A stretch of DNA of 35,485 bases from Thelocarpon superellum (Eukaryota), in assembly GCA_026025795.1 (NCBI GenBank), contig JAPEUG010000155.1, positions 1 through 35,485 of the forward strand, in the 5' to 3' direction. The stretch's first letter is position 1, and each line of letters opens with the position of its first letter. Below the pieces are notes generated by a model. It was not told the DNA's origin. It ran no database searches and saw only the letters and a program-made list of their open reading frames with translations. Made by a program: the position numbers and the translations under genes. Shown one piece after another: positions 33,081-35,485 of the stretch.

Positions 33081-33961
33081 GGTGGCTGTCGTCGGTTTGA
33101 ACCGTGTCTCGATTGCCAACTTCTCAACGACGACATATGTATTGACAAGAAGACCGAAGGATACAGCGAAGGGAAAGAAGTCGACGAAGATGAATATAGG
33201 CGGCTGGAGCATAACAGCGCCTGGAGGAGGAAAACTTCGCATAGAGGAGACCACTTCCCACGCGACACCTGACCCAGCGCCAACGCAGCAACGTCCGCTG
33301 TCATGATGGACGGTGGAGCTTAACCGAGCGGGTGGGACGATTCTCGATGATTCCTGGCCATGCGACTATCACGAGGATGACCAGGATTCGAATCCTTCGT
33401 GTGTCAGTCTAACGTGGATGCGCTGTTTCTCGAGAACAAGGGAAGAGGCAGAACAAGACGGTCTGTGTTGCCATGGCCCATATGGCAATGGCTTTGACTC
33501 ATAAACCTCACCCTGTCGATGGTTAGGTAACAAGGATGAAGCCGGATGATCATAATGCCCATATATCCGTCACCAATCAAACGAGGCGGGGTTACATAAC
33601 CATAGCCTAGAAAGGTTTGGCGCTGCAGTGATTGTAGCCGGCGGTCCATGCCGAAGGAAAACCTTACACAAGGAACGTGAAATCCTTTCGAGGCGAAGAA
33701 GATTCGTTCTCGACATGCCATGACACTAATCTTGGTGGACCTTACTACCACGCGGTGAACCCATGCAACATATGTATATGCCATAGCGAGGAGACGGGCG
33801 ATGGCGCCACTCAAGCTGGGGGGAAGGGATATTAGCCCCGACTCTTCCAGTCCAGCCCTGAGGCAGGATAGGGCTTGTCGTATTTCTCCACATCGCACCT
33901 GAACCGTCCACGTCCATCGTCTGAAGTCCACAACCAAGTCTACCACCGCCAGCCCTCGAAG

Positions 33962-34879
33962 ATGAAGTTAAGGACAGTGCCCTATCCTCGGGCAGGCCTA
34001 CTAGGACTTTTCTTGGCATTCAGTAATGCTCTTGTCCAGACCGCCAAGAACAACACCATCAGGTAGGAGCACGTCTGCGCTTGGAAAAGTACTGTTGAAG
34101 GGTCATGCTGATGGCAATTCAGCGACGACGACCGATTCCTCTACCCGTTCAGCGATGACACGATACAATTCGCCTCCTACTGGGATAACGGAACAATCGC
34201 TGCGCTGTGGAATCTTAGCGATCCGCTCAGTCGAGACATCGTCGATAAGAGCAAGCGGCCACTCCACGTTTGGGACCCGGACAGCAAGGACGCCACGCGA
34301 TATCTACCACCGGCGGACGGCGATATGTTTGAGGAAGAGAGGGTCTCATTCCTTCCCGAGGCGGTCGTGAATATTTACAACACCAGCCATGGGGCCGTCA
34401 CTCGATTAACCGGCGAGGACCCGTTTTGGCCACCAGCATGCGAACGCATCGTGACAGAGCTGGACCGACTCTGCACTCCGGATCGGATGCCGACGAATGG
34501 AAGCAATACGATGGGCGTCACATTAAAGCATTACGGATACTCCTTGCCTGACCGCCAGAACCGCAGCATGTACGTTGACAGCTACATATCGGTTGCTGTC
34601 CTTCATGCTGGCCCAGATATGATCGCCACGTTCAACGCAAGTTGCAACATGTGGTTTGCTCATCTCATCGATTGCGCGGTTATTGAACAAGATCCCCCTA
34701 AGAACTACCAACTGACGCCGTTGACGTACAACGGCACAGAAATCAAGTACGACAATGGAGAGACCGTCATGCTGTGGCCGGAACTACAGGTTGGGACATC
34801 TGGGGGCATCTCATCGGTTGACACAGATTCGCAGTTCTTGATCGGACTCACGCCCTATCGAGAAGTCCAATCTGATTGA
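33962..34879 (+). CDS. Putative secreted glycoprotein (~285 aa), last gene before the telomere; exons 33962-34062, 34123-34879
   Basis: Signal-like MKLRTVPYPRAGLLGLFLAFSNA. Intron 34063-34122 (GTAGGA...GCTGAT...CAG) joins in frame to ORF 34325..34879. Multiple N-x-S/T sequons and 4 Cys. Confidence 0.75.
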
Positions 34880-35375
34880 GCAATCCAAGGCTATGTTTAT
34901 GTAGTAGTAGACCCCCAAAACAGGGCCTAGGTGTAGGGCTAGAGTAGACCCAAAATAAAACTTTAGGAGTTAGACTAGGGTAAGCAGACTACCAAATTTT
35001 TTTAGTAATTAGTACAACACACTAATGGGCTACTAGAAATTTTTAGTAATTGGTGCAACACCAATTTCTAGTAGCACACACCCTAGTACACCTAGCTGAA
35101 CTTATAATACAAATATTGAACATGTTTGATGTAGAAGAGAACTAGAAAATAATAGAAAAAATGTGTACTTTGAGTCTCTATAGTCTACCCTACTAACCCT
35201 AACCCTAGATTCTACATACTTGGTCTCTATAGTCTACTAATGGTTGTAACCCTAACCCTAAGATGACAACCCTTCAGGGTTGTCTTTCTGGTGCAAAGCC
35301 ACCAAGTATCTTGCTTTTGAGTGTGGGGAGAAGGTGAAAGGGGGTGTTAGAGAAGAGGGACATGAGGGAGCGTCA
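34880..35375. repeat. Short AT-rich subtelomeric segment with short direct and inverted repeats and inverted telomere-like tracts
   Basis: Abrupt TA-rich composition; duplicated gtctctatagtctac (35174, 35223); taaccctaaccct tracts near 35194 and 35247. Confidence 0.8.
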
Positions 35376-35485
35376 TTAGGGTCGGTAGGGTTAGGGTTAG
35401 GGTTAGGGTTAGGGTTAGGGTTAGGGTTAGGGTTAGGGTTAGGGTTAGGGTTAGGGTTAGGGTTAGGGTTAGGGTTAGGGTTAGG
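35376..35485 (+). repeat. Telomere (TTAGGG)n; perfect array 35391-35485 preceded by degenerate units
   Basis: 15 full TTAGGG units plus TTAGG run to the end of the window, G-rich strand 5'->3' toward the end. Confidence 0.98.

Noticed and set aside
35188..35261. TAACCCTAA tracts as a telomerase RNA template
   Set aside because: They lie in a duplicated AT-rich subtelomeric unit with too little flanking room for a fungal TER gene.
1..35485. tRNA, rRNA, transposase or reverse-transcriptase genes
   Set aside because: None recognised by eye; isolated GGTTCGA matches (e.g. near 2884) lack a cloverleaf. A tRNAscan/Rfam run would be needed to exclude them formally.

Overview
This is the terminal 35.5 kb of a chromosome from a filamentous ascomycete (Pezizomycotina-type): GC-rich genes, short (about 46-78 nt) GT-AG introns with CTRAY-like branch points, and a (TTAGGG)n telomere at the right end. 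About 15 protein-coding loci were reconstructed by hand-splicing. Recognisable ones are succinate dehydrogenase iron-sulfur subunit (SDH2), an MBD4-like HhH-GPD DNA glycosylase, a DHA1-type MFS transporter, a two-HKD phospholipase D-superfamily protein, a Sec14/CRAL-TRIO protein, a CFEM-like membrane protein and an RRM-like protein. There are also several orphan secreted proteins. The most unusual observations are: (i) the glycosylase locus is split over two overlapping frames joined exactly by a -1 shift at G_GUU_UUU, followed by a possible pseudoknot, with an ATGA stop/start overlap (programmed frameshift, coupling, or homopolymer error); (ii) a 604-aa low-complexity protein with basic KKVV repeats at one end and acidic EEV repeats at the other; (iii) a stand-alone deuterolysin-propeptide-like secreted protein; (iv) a very short (about 0.5 kb) subtelomere with inverted telomere-like repeats, palindromes and RIP-like divergence. 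All family assignments come from motif recognition, not database searches.
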